Shown: positions 26,406 through 34,938 of the stretch, piece by piece
How positions within the stretch are numbered: position 1 is the first letter of the stretch
How the letters are laid out: every line of letters starts with the position of its first letter
Assembly: GCA_020697715.1 (NCBI GenBank)
Contig: JAEHCO010000001.1
Span: 98,394 to 162,393, forward strand
Direction of reading: 5' to 3'
DNA: 64,000 nucleotides
DNA from: Methanobacteriota archaeon
GTDB taxonomy: Archaea; Thermoplasmatota; Thermoplasmata; SG8-5; JAGLSY01
Translations under genes and position numbers: made by a program
Notes under the pieces: generated by a model
What the model was told of the DNA's origin: nothing
The model's input: only the letters and a program-made list of their open reading frames with translations
The model's database searches: none

Positions 26406-28751
26406 ATGGTAAAGGATATATCATCAAAAAAAGCCTCTGGGAAGAAGGAAGAAAGTGGTAATGGCGGAGACCCAAAATTATCCAAACCATCAAAAGTGAG
26501 TAATGAGGATAAGGCACTCGCCAAATGGCTCAGTGGAGATAGTGAAAAAGAAGCTTTGGGAGATTGGCTAGGGGCAGAGCCAGAACCTTCTAAGGAAAAA
26601 AAGGCTGGCGGAAAAAAAGATGGGAAACCATCTGAAAAGAAAAAGGCTGAGCCAGATGATAAGACAAAAAAAGCAGAAAAAGACTCTGGGCCTGAAGAAG
26701 AGGGCGATGACGCCTTGAAAAAATGGCTCAGTGGAGAGGAAGATACTCTCAGCGATTGGCTGGGGGATGAGGAGGAGGAAAAAAAGCCTGAACCTATTGG
26801 CCTTGGCTTAGAGCCAGTTGGTAAGGAGCTTCTGGAAAGGGAGAAGATCCTGAATGAGAGGGAGATCGAACTGGACAAGAAGCAACAGGAGATAGATGAT
26901 CTCAAATTGGAGATGTCCGAATTCAAGAAGAGTATGGAGTCTGAATTTGATAAGGTAAAGAGTGGTGACTTCGACCCTCTGGTCATTCTGGAAGAAACAG
27001 CCCGATTGAACAAAGACCTTCAGAATGAGATCAAAAAGAGAAAACAGCTTGAAGAGGAGATCGTCCAGGTCAAGAAGGGTAGCTTGGCCGTGATCAAATA
27101 TGTGAAGACGCAGAAGGGAGATTCCAGTGGTGTAGCCAAATCCCTCAAGAAGAAAGTGGAAGAGGACAGCGAGACCATTACAGAACTGGAAGCGGAGCTT
27201 AAAGCCAAGGAAGGCATTGTCGAGGAATTGAAAAAGCAGATCGACAAGGGTTTGGATTCTCTCCCTGAAGAGACCAAGGACATAAAGAAAAAGGAACTGG
27301 AGCTCATTGAGAAGGAGAAGACCCTTGAAGCACAGCTTGAAGCCCATGTGGCAAAGGAAAAAGCATTGGAAAAGAAGTTAGCCAATGGCACAGTTTCTAG
27401 TGAGGCGGACTCTGACCTTCAGCAGAGAGTTATGGCGGAATTGGCCCAGAAAGAGCAGGAATTCATTGAGAAGGAAGGGGAAATGAAGAAGACCATACTT
27501 GATCTGGAAGAAAAGGTCAAGGAATTTGAAATTGATAATAAATTAAGATCAGAATCCAAGGAACTGGAGGGAAAATCAGATAGCGAGGTCAATGAGGAAC
27601 TCGACCGTAAGGTGAGAGAACTTCAAGTAAAAGAAAAATCCCTTTTGCTGAGAGAGGATGAGATACAGCAGCTTAAGGACAAACTAAGAACCGCTGAAGA
27701 TGAAATGAAGAAAATGAAAGAGCCACTGGCATACAAGGAAGAAGAGGTTCTGAGACGCGAAGAGGATATGATCTACCGTGAACAGATGCTCATGGAAGAG
27801 AGGAGGAAGCTGGAAGAGGCAATGAGGGAATCTGGCGGCCTGGAATCCCATGAGATGAAGAAAAAACTCCAAGAACTCCAGAATGAGATCAACCGAAAGG
27901 AAGATGAGCTCAGGGCGAAGGAGAAGTACATACAGGCCAAGACAGAGGACCTGAAGGTACGCGAGCAAGGTCTGATAGGTGATGAGATCGAGGCAAGAGA
28001 AGAGGACCGGATGCTCGAATTGAAGATAGAGAAGGTCAAAACAGGAGACAGAAGACTGGATGACCTATTACTTGGTGGAATTCCATTTGGTAATAATATT
28101 CTCGTATATGGGCCACCATTCACAGGCAAAGAAGTTGTTATAAATGGCTTCATTGCCGAAGGATTGAAAAAGGGAGTGCCAGCTATCTGGGTCATCACGG
28201 ATAAACTGCCTTCCGAGATAAGGGAAGAGATGATGTTCATGCTCCAGGGTTATGAGGAGTATGAGAAGATGGGACTCGTAAAATATGTTGATGCTTATTC
28301 AAGGTCCATTGGTGTTGATGATGTCGAGGACCATGTTACATACGTGGAGGAGCCAACAGATTTCAAGGCAATAATGAAAGCTGTTGACGAGGTCTCCAAA
28401 GAATTCTTGAAAGAACATAAATATTACAGACTCGGGTTCAGATCCATATCCACCCTGATCGCATACCTGGATTCAGCATCCGCATTCAAATTCCTGCAAC
28501 CATTCTGTGGCCGAAGAAAGAGAGAGAGAGCAGTGGGATTATTCGCCATTGAGAAAGGTATGCACGATGAACAGGACATTCAGATGATAGGAAGTGTAAC
28601 GGATGGAATTGTGGAATTCAAACTAGAACAATTGAAGACCTATCTTGCGATCAAGGGTCTTGGGGATGTTCAATCCAGAGCCTGGATAGATTACACTTAC
28701 AGCAAGAAAGGACTGGTCATTGGATCATTCAGTCTGGATCATATCAGATGA
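26406..28751 (+). CDS. coiled-coil protein with C-terminal KaiC/RecA-superfamily pseudo-ATPase domain; N-terminus probably mis-set by a frameshift (see findings)
   Basis: K/E-rich N-region with two KWLSG....DWLG repeats, then ~400 aa of heptad-rich coiled coil, then LLGGIPFGNNILVYGPPFTGKE (KaiC-like loop with Walker A GKE instead of GKT/S) and AIWVITDK (Walker B lacking Glu). Confidence 0.6.
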   Translation: MVKDISSKKASGKKEESGNGGDPKLSKPSKVSNEDKALAKWLSGDSEKEALGDWLGAEPEPSKEKKAGGKKDGKPSEKKKAEPDDKTKKAEKDSGPEEEGDDALKKWLSGEEDTLSDWLGDEEEEKKPEPIGLGLEPVGKELLEREKILNEREIELDKKQQEIDDLKLEMSEFKKSMESEFDKVKSGDFDPLVILEETARLNKDLQNEIKKRKQLEEEIVQVKKGSLAVIKYVKTQKGDSSGVAKSLKKKVEEDSETITELEAELKAKEGIVEELKKQIDKGLDSLPEETKDIKKKELELIEKEKTLEAQLEAHVAKEKALEKKLANGTVSSEADSDLQQRVMAELAQKEQEFIEKEGEMKKTILDLEEKVKEFEIDNKLRSESKELEGKSDSEVNEELDRKVRELQVKEKSLLLREDEIQQLKDKLRTAEDEMKKMKEPLAYKEEEVLRREEDMIYREQMLMEERRKLEEAMRESGGLESHEMKKKLQELQNEINRKEDELRAKEKYIQAKTEDLKVREQGLIGDEIEAREEDRMLELKIEKVKTGDRRLDDLLLGGIPFGNNILVYGPPFTGKEVVINGFIAEGLKKGVPAIWVITDKLPSEIREEMMFMLQGYEEYEKMGLVKYVDAYSRSIGVDDVEDHVTYVEEPTDFKAIMKAVDEVSKEFLKEHKYYRLGFRSISTLIAYLDSASAFKFLQPFCGRRKRERAVGLFAIEKGMHDEQDIQMIGSVTDGIVEFKLEQLKTYLAIKGLGDVQSRAWIDYTYSKKGLVIGSFSLDHIR

Positions 28752-28825
28752 TCTGGGGATCATTCACAATGATCTTATTCACATTCAGAGGAAACATTAA
28801 TAAGAACAGATGAATTATTACTTAT

Positions 28826-29989
28826 GTGCAATCCAATAGACCTTTACCGCCACCACCTCCTGATTGGGATGGGGTATATCGGAATAGAGAAGAAGTGCCA
28901 CAAAGAAGAAAAAGATCGAACAAGGCTTTCAAATCTCTATTCGCTCTGCTCGTAGCTATACTTCTACTATCACTGGTCTTCTTCGTACCCATGGATAATG
29001 GGAATTCCATATATAGTGAGCTGATAAATGATCTATCTAGCTCACTAGGGCCATCTATACCGGCCTATGCAGATTTCAAGATCACCAGAACTATATACAT
29101 TTCAACCAATAAAGAGATAAATTACACATTGGATATTCCAATGCCAGAGGACATCATCTCAAATCAAGATTCGCCGATCCAGGTTGTCAATGAACTTACC
29201 ACCGAACCTTTTTCATATGACATTATACAGAAATATGGTAATGATTGGGCACTCTGGGATGGGATCATGTATTCAGGGTTCACTGCCACGATAACATATG
29301 ACATGAGGGTTTATTCCGTCGTCCTGGACATATCTGAGGGGGATACAGGTATGGTGGATGATATACCCAATAATATGGAAAGATATCTTGACAATGAGTG
29401 GTTCATTGATAATGATTACAATGACAATGAATGGAAGATCGAGCCATCTGACAGTTCTATTAGATCACTTGCCAGATCATTGACGGATGATGAGGACGAT
29501 GTATACACCATGGTCAGGGCTGTGTATGATCATATGAGAGATGAATACACATATGATGATAATTCCCCTGGTGAGCCAAAGACCTGCACTGAGACATTGA
29601 GCGATAAAAGAGGGGATTGTGATGATCAATCTATATTATTCATCTCATTGTTACGTTCTTTGGGAATACCAGCCTGGTTAGAATTTGGACCACTATATGA
29701 TTCATTGTCCAATGAGTGGGGAGCTCATGCCTGGGCGAAAGTCTATATTCCTCTTGCAGAAGGTGGAGGGGGAACAGTCACTATTGATGTTGTCAATGAC
29801 CAGTTCATGATCAAAGATTGCTCCAGGTTCACTGAGTGGGAAAGTGATGGGGATGACGAGCATTTGAGAGATTATTACAGAACATTGTCCTATTCATACT
29901 CATCACCACAGCCAAATGTCGATATCATTGATTCATATTCAGGAGATTATAAACCATCTAACAGGGACATCGATATTCCACGACCCTGA
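28826..29989 (+). CDS. membrane-anchored transglutaminase-like cysteine protease-fold protein
   Basis: Pro-rich cytoplasmic N-terminus, TM LFALLVAILLLSLVFFV, Cys motif RGDCDDQSILFISLLRSLGIPAW and His motif GAHAWAKVYI, consistent with a transglutaminase-like Cys/His/Asp triad. Confidence 0.65.
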   Translation: MQSNRPLPPPPPDWDGVYRNREEVPQRRKRSNKAFKSLFALLVAILLLSLVFFVPMDNGNSIYSELINDLSSSLGPSIPAYADFKITRTIYISTNKEINYTLDIPMPEDIISNQDSPIQVVNELTTEPFSYDIIQKYGNDWALWDGIMYSGFTATITYDMRVYSVVLDISEGDTGMVDDIPNNMERYLDNEWFIDNDYNDNEWKIEPSDSSIRSLARSLTDDEDDVYTMVRAVYDHMRDEYTYDDNSPGEPKTCTETLSDKRGDCDDQSILFISLLRSLGIPAWLEFGPLYDSLSNEWGAHAWAKVYIPLAEGGGGTVTIDVVNDQFMIKDCSRFTEWESDGDDEHLRDYYRTLSYSYSSPQPNVDIIDSYSGDYKPSNRDIDIPRP

Positions 29990-30051
29990 GTAATTTTACT
30001 CATACTACCCAATCAAAAGATATATATCTGTCACTCGTTTGACTTAGTAAT

Positions 30052-31356
30052 ATGTTCCTGGACATTGAAGATATATTGAAGGGCGATCAAGTAGGTGAAG
30101 AGGTCTCTATACGAGGCTGGATACACCGCACCAGAAGCAGTGGGTCCATAGTATTTGCAGTATTGAGAGATCCCACTGGCATTGTGCAAGTGACTGTTAA
30201 GAAGGGGAATGTGGCTGACGATAAGTTCCAAGAGGCGAAAAATGCACTTGTCGAATCCTCAGTGGCCATCACGGGAACAGTTCATGAAGATGATAGAGCC
30301 CCAGGAGGCTATGAGATCAGGGCCAGTGATGTCAAGATATACGATTATGCAGAAGCCTACCCTATAACCAAGGATCAGAGTGAGGAATGGCTCAGAGAGA
30401 ACAGACATCTCTGGATCCGGTCGCAAAGAATGACAGCCATAATGAAGATCCGCTCCACCATGACAGGAGCGATCCATGAATTCTTCAGGGAGCTGGAATA
30501 CCATGAGTTCACACCACCCATACTCCAACCAAATCAATGCGAGGGGGGCTCCACCCTCTTCGAAGTGAAATATTATGATTCAAAGACATATCTCTCCCAG
30601 ACCTGGCAATTGTATGCGGAGGCAATGATATTCTCACTTGGCAAGGTGTACGATATGTCACCTACTTTCAGAGCCGAGAAATCCAAGACATCCCGTCACC
30701 TTACCGAGTTCTGGATGGCGGAGATGGAGGCCGCATGGCTGACCTATCTGGACGTCATCGAGATCGCAAAGGATGAGGTCAAATACATCATCATGAGGAT
30801 ACTGGAAGAGAATGAGAAGGAATTGGAATTTCTGGAGGTCGACATCGAGAACCTAAGAACGATGGTCGAAAAGGAATGGCCGACCATCACCTACACCGAG
30901 GGGCTTCAAATGCTCAAGGAAAAAGATGGTATGGATGTCGAATGGGGCAAAGACCTTCGAACGATCGAAGAGGTCGCTATCATGAAGCATTTTGATACTC
31001 CAGTGGCGGTCATCCAGTACCCGAAAGAGGCCATGGCCTTCTACAAGCCAGTTGAAGAAGATGCGGATGCACCAGGGCCTGTTGCCAAGTGCTTCGATAT
31101 GCTGGCAACTGACGGGACCGAGATAGTCGGCGGCTCGGAAAGGGACACTGATCTCAAAGCTCTCATAGAAAGCCTGGAAAAGGAAGATGAGGATATCGCG
31201 AACTATGACTGGTATCTGGACCTGAGAAAGTACGGCTCGGTTGTTCATTCGGGATATGGATTGGGTGTTGAGAGAGTGCTGGCCTGGATATGTGGATTGG
31301 ATAATATCAAGGATGCCATCGCATTCCCAAGGACTATGAACCGATTCAAGCCATAG
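30052..31356 (+). CDS. asnS: class IIb aminoacyl-tRNA synthetase, asparaginyl-tRNA synthetase-like (AspRS not excluded)
   Basis: Anticodon-binding OB N-terminus, motif 2 FRAEKSKTSRHLTEFWMAEME (AsnRS-type ...TSRHL.EFWM.E.E), motif 3 GYGLGVERVLAWICG, and an ending AFPRTMNRFKP. Confidence 0.7.
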   Translation: MFLDIEDILKGDQVGEEVSIRGWIHRTRSSGSIVFAVLRDPTGIVQVTVKKGNVADDKFQEAKNALVESSVAITGTVHEDDRAPGGYEIRASDVKIYDYAEAYPITKDQSEEWLRENRHLWIRSQRMTAIMKIRSTMTGAIHEFFRELEYHEFTPPILQPNQCEGGSTLFEVKYYDSKTYLSQTWQLYAEAMIFSLGKVYDMSPTFRAEKSKTSRHLTEFWMAEMEAAWLTYLDVIEIAKDEVKYIIMRILEENEKELEFLEVDIENLRTMVEKEWPTITYTEGLQMLKEKDGMDVEWGKDLRTIEEVAIMKHFDTPVAVIQYPKEAMAFYKPVEEDADAPGPVAKCFDMLATDGTEIVGGSERDTDLKALIESLEKEDEDIANYDWYLDLRKYGSVVHSGYGLGVERVLAWICGLDNIKDAIAFPRTMNRFKP

Positions 31357-31437
31357 TGATGATCGATCTTCACAAATACACAATACTCAGGATATATTAT
31401 GTGTGTATAAACTTTATATACACAAAGTGTAATCTTT

Positions 31438-32451
31438 ATGGCAATGAAAAAGAAGAAACAAAGGGAATTGAAGGGTATTGGTCTCTTCATAGCAACACTG
31501 ATATTGGGCAGTCTGGCACTTGTGCTTCTTTTGGATATGGATTACGATATAATCCCTTTCATAGACCTTGGACTAAGTGATTCCTTACACGAAATGCTGG
31601 TTGTTTCGGTAACACTGTCCTTTATCTGGATATCTCTATGGATACTAGGTTTTTTATTCGAGAGCGTTGCGGCTCCCAGAGTAAAGAGCTATGCTTCCGC
31701 TCGTTCCATGTGGAAGCTGATAAGCTATTTCATCTGGATCTTCGTTCTTGTTGCATTATTTGTTCTTTATTTGGGAGATGTGGCATCATCGGTCCTAAGC
31801 TTGTCCGTCATTGGTGCGGCACTCACTTTCGTACTGCAAAAGCCATTACTGAATATCATAGGCTGGATCTACATCACCTATTACAGGGTTTACAGGATAG
31901 GTGATAGGATATCCGTGAACAATATTACTGGATTTATTACAGATATCCGAGTAATGGACACTGAACTTCAGGAGATCGGGACCTGGATGGATGGTCATAC
32001 ATTCACTGGAAGGATCAGTACCTTCCCAAATGCAATTGTCTTTGACCATTCGATGAACAATTATACCAAAGACTCCCCATTCGTATGGGACGAGATCACG
32101 AATCTGGTAACATATGAGAGCGATATCGACAAGGCAAAGCAGTACATGCTGGATGCAACAACAGGGGTCATTGGCAAGAGTATGGAGACGAATTTTGAAA
32201 CCTATCGAAAAAATTTGAGCATTCATGATCTAGACAAATTGCTTCCACAAGCTCCAGAGATAAGGATGGACCTGAAGGATTCCGGGGTCAACCTGACCAT
32301 AATCTATTGGTGCAGGATCGAACAGAGGAGGGTCATAAAATCCCAGATAGTCGAAGGCATCTGGAGGAAGTTCATGGAAGACCCAGATGTTGGAATAGCG
32401 TATCCTCATGTGGAAATTGTCCAGGGTAGGAAGTGCTCGCAAGAATCCTGA
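31438..32451 (+). CDS. small-conductance mechanosensitive channel (MscS family)
   Basis: Three N-terminal TM helices then the MscS beta-domain signature ...ISVNNITGFITDIRVMDTELQE... Confidence 0.8.
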   Translation: MAMKKKKQRELKGIGLFIATLILGSLALVLLLDMDYDIIPFIDLGLSDSLHEMLVVSVTLSFIWISLWILGFLFESVAAPRVKSYASARSMWKLISYFIWIFVLVALFVLYLGDVASSVLSLSVIGAALTFVLQKPLLNIIGWIYITYYRVYRIGDRISVNNITGFITDIRVMDTELQEIGTWMDGHTFTGRISTFPNAIVFDHSMNNYTKDSPFVWDEITNLVTYESDIDKAKQYMLDATTGVIGKSMETNFETYRKNLSIHDLDKLLPQAPEIRMDLKDSGVNLTIIYWCRIEQRRVIKSQIVEGIWRKFMEDPDVGIAYPHVEIVQGRKCSQES

Positions 32452-32494
32452 TATAGGACCATGACCATATTTTTTAAACCTGACCTGCTTATGT

Positions 32495-33373
32495 GTGATC
32501 GATATGGCATCCGCTGAATTTGAACTATTGAATCTCATTTCATTGCTCTTACTGGGCATTGGTTTCTTCTGGAAAGATAGAAGATGCCACATAGCAAGGG
32601 CTCTGGGATGGGCAGGTCTCGGCATATACTGGCTCACCAAGGCCACACCCTATCTCGCACACAGTGATTGGATAAATGGCCTGGGATCCTCCATGGCATT
32701 CCCCATTTTTCTTTTCCTCGCATATCATGAATGGAAGTCGTATGAATGGGATGAGGAATATCATCCGCTCAGGTTCGTGACAGGGGCGATGTTCATTGCT
32801 GGCATCTCGTACTTGTTGATCGGGAATGTGCCGATCATACCCAAGATCATAATAGGGACTGTGGCAGAACACAGCGTCTGGCTGGCCAATCTCTTTGGAT
32901 ATGAATTCTGGGTCGAAGGGGTGACCTCCACAGGCGCTCCTTTAGGTGGACATGGCATCAATATCACGATCGTGCTGGAATGCACAGCCATACAGGCATT
33001 TCTAGTCGCTGGATCCTTTCTCTTTGGAAGCAGAGGCGATCCAAAAAAGAGGGCGGTGATATTCGCCCTCTTCATTCCAGTCATCTACATAACCAATTTG
33101 ATCAGGAACGCGCTGGTCATGATACTGGTCGCTGATAATGGCATTGAATATTTTGAATTCGCCCACAATAGCATTGGCAAAACTATGAGCCTGGTGGTTC
33201 TCATAGTCCTGATATTGATAGCATTCTGGAAGGTGCCGGAGCTTTATGAGGACATAAACGGGATGTTCGACCTGCCCTGGAGGAGGAAGCCTGGGCATGA
33301 TTATCTCAAGTTCGTGGGAAGGCTTTACGATAAGAAAGAGCCAGAAAAAAATGATGAAGTGGAAAAAGAGTGA
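32495..33373 (+). CDS. polytopic membrane protein, archaeosortase/exosortase-like (tentative)
   Basis: ~8 TM helices, ~290 aa, candidate active-site Cys (VLECTAIQAF) and a downstream Arg in TNLIRNALVM resembling the exosortase N..R motif. Weak call. Confidence 0.4.
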   Translation: MIDMASAEFELLNLISLLLLGIGFFWKDRRCHIARALGWAGLGIYWLTKATPYLAHSDWINGLGSSMAFPIFLFLAYHEWKSYEWDEEYHPLRFVTGAMFIAGISYLLIGNVPIIPKIIIGTVAEHSVWLANLFGYEFWVEGVTSTGAPLGGHGINITIVLECTAIQAFLVAGSFLFGSRGDPKKRAVIFALFIPVIYITNLIRNALVMILVADNGIEYFEFAHNSIGKTMSLVVLIVLILIAFWKVPELYEDINGMFDLPWRRKPGHDYLKFVGRLYDKKEPEKNDEVEKE

Positions 33374-33392
33374 TATTCATTTCCTAATTCAT

Positions 33393-34559
33393 TCAGGAAG
33401 AAGTTCCTTCGATTATCGATATCATCCTCTGTATATCGATCTCGTCATTAAGGGAATAGATGATGTCCTTTCCTTTCCTATTCTTTCTTATGACGTCCGC
33501 GGCCATGAGCCTTTTCGCGTGCCAGTTGACGGTCGATGGGTGAATGCTCAATACTTGGGAAAGAGCTTGTTGATTGATCTCATCACCCCGTGCCAGTATC
33601 TTGACGATATTCCTGGAGGTGTCATTCTTCAATACAGATATCACCGCCTTGTATTCCTGGCCATTAGTGAACCTGCTGAAACCATTCTGATTGACATAAT
33701 AATGCTTGTACTTTCCAGGTTTGTGCGATACGATCTTATCACTGACCTCCAGAACATAGAGGTGATGCCTCGCACTGCTGGATGACATACTGAATTCCTT
33801 CGTGATGCTGGCCAGATGTTCTCCAGGATTCTGAGATATGAACTCGTAAATATGCTTCCTCACTCCGCCCATTATATCCTCATTGCTCAGCCTGGCGAAC
33901 ATGAGGGAGAAGAAAACGGAGCAGATCACTATATAAGCAATGGACTGGAATTTCCAGGTATCTGAAGAAAGAGATAGACCTTGAGCATCAGAGGCATCCG
34001 AATTGCTTGTGGTATTCGAGGTACTTGCACCATCCGCGGCAGAATCTACTACATCATCCTGATCGAGTGGTATCGCGTACAGGACTCTTTCATCCGCGGC
34101 ATCCTCTGAAGGTGTGGATCCAGCTCCAAGCGAATCCGTGTAATTCCAATCATCGTAGATCATTTCATACGATTCATTATCGTATTTGATGAAAAGGGTC
34201 TCATTGACAATATCCGAAGTATCGTAGAACAAAGCGATGTCGTAGTCACCATCACTGGCGACATAGACCGGTTCTTCCGCCAGGGTGTCATTTGTGAAAG
34301 TGTAATAACTGGCCCCTTCATCGTACTCGATATAATTGCCATCAATAATTGCAGTCGCTGGGTATTGGGGAGCATCAGTGGTATTGTCAGTGTCATCGAC
34401 CGGGTCGTCAACCGGATCATCGACCACGTTGTCGATCACATCACTGCCGCCATCCCCTCCATTTCCGGTATCGAAAGCATCAGCTGGCACGATCAAAGCG
34501 AGTCCCAGGAAAAGGGCGATAACAAAGCTGACCACGAGAAGCCATTTCTTCCCTTTCAT
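33393..34559 (-). CDS. membrane-tethered winged-helix transcription regulator with secreted acidic N-terminal domain
   Basis: Signal peptide MKGKKWLLVVSFVIALFLGLALIVPADA, ~200-aa D/E/S/T-rich ectodomain with N-x-S/T sequons, TM IAYIVICSVFFSLMF, then two wHTH-like units (IYEFISQNPGEHLASITKEF..., IVKILARGDEINQQALSQVLSIHPSTVNWHAKRLMAADVIRK). Confidence 0.55.
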   Translation of the reverse strand: MKGKKWLLVVSFVIALFLGLALIVPADAFDTGNGGDGGSDVIDNVVDDPVDDPVDDTDNTTDAPQYPATAIIDGNYIEYDEGASYYTFTNDTLAEEPVYVASDGDYDIALFYDTSDIVNETLFIKYDNESYEMIYDDWNYTDSLGAGSTPSEDAADERVLYAIPLDQDDVVDSAADGASTSNTTSNSDASDAQGLSLSSDTWKFQSIAYIVICSVFFSLMFARLSNEDIMGGVRKHIYEFISQNPGEHLASITKEFSMSSSSARHHLYVLEVSDKIVSHKPGKYKHYYVNQNGFSRFTNGQEYKAVISVLKNDTSRNIVKILARGDEINQQALSQVLSIHPSTVNWHAKRLMAADVIRKNRKGKDIIYSLNDEIDIQRMISIIEGTSS

Positions 34560-34729
34560 TAATTAAATCATGTTATTTCATTATTAAAAGGTTTGTGGCA
34601 TGATGGTGCGATTGAAGGGATTGGAATGGAAACGAATTTCTATAGAATTGATGAGGAAATACCCAAAATCCTTTTATCCCATCATTGTTTCGCCCTCATA
34701 CCGAGACATGACGTGGTTGTGTACAAAAT

Positions 34730-34803
34730 GGGCAAGTAGATCAGCTCGGAAGATCGCTTCCTTGGCATGGAAGAGGGCGCGAGTTCAAATCTCGCCTTGT
34801 CCA
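34730..34803 (+). tRNA. tRNA-Ala (anticodon GGC)
   Basis: Manual fold: acceptor GGGCAAG/CTTGTCC with G3:U70, D arm GATC/GATC, anticodon stem CTTCC/GGAAG with loop TTGGCAT, T arm GCGAG-TTCAAAT-CTCGC, discriminator A. No encoded CCA. Confidence 0.8.
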
Positions 34804-34828
34804 CTTATTTTTTATTTTGATAGCATAC

Positions 34829-34884
34829 GTGGACAAGGCTCGCCCGCAGAATTCTGGCGAATTCCGCTTGTCCCGCCTTGTCCA
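34829..34884 (+). repeat. inverted plus direct copy of the tRNA-Ala 3' end (GTGGACAAGGC ... CGCCTTGTCCA) forming a potential 10-11-bp hairpin around a GAATTC-containing loop
   Basis: 34829-34839 is the reverse complement of tRNA positions 34793-34803, and 34874-34884 is a direct copy of them. Confidence 0.5.
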
Positions 34885-34938
34885 TTTTCATTTTTTTAAA
34901 AAGAAATTAATATATCCACAATCTCCATTACACGCTCG

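Noticed and set aside
26396-27013. 205-aa minus-strand Ser-rich ORF, plus 26808..27347 and 27020..27391 minus ORFs
   Set aside because: These are antisense shadows of the K/E-rich coiled-coil coding region; GAA/AAG-rich sense codons give open TTC/CTT-rich antisense frames. Low complexity and no start context.
34600-34899. 99-aa + ORF
   Set aside because: It overlaps the tRNA-Ala gene and the repeat/hairpin region, so it is not coding.
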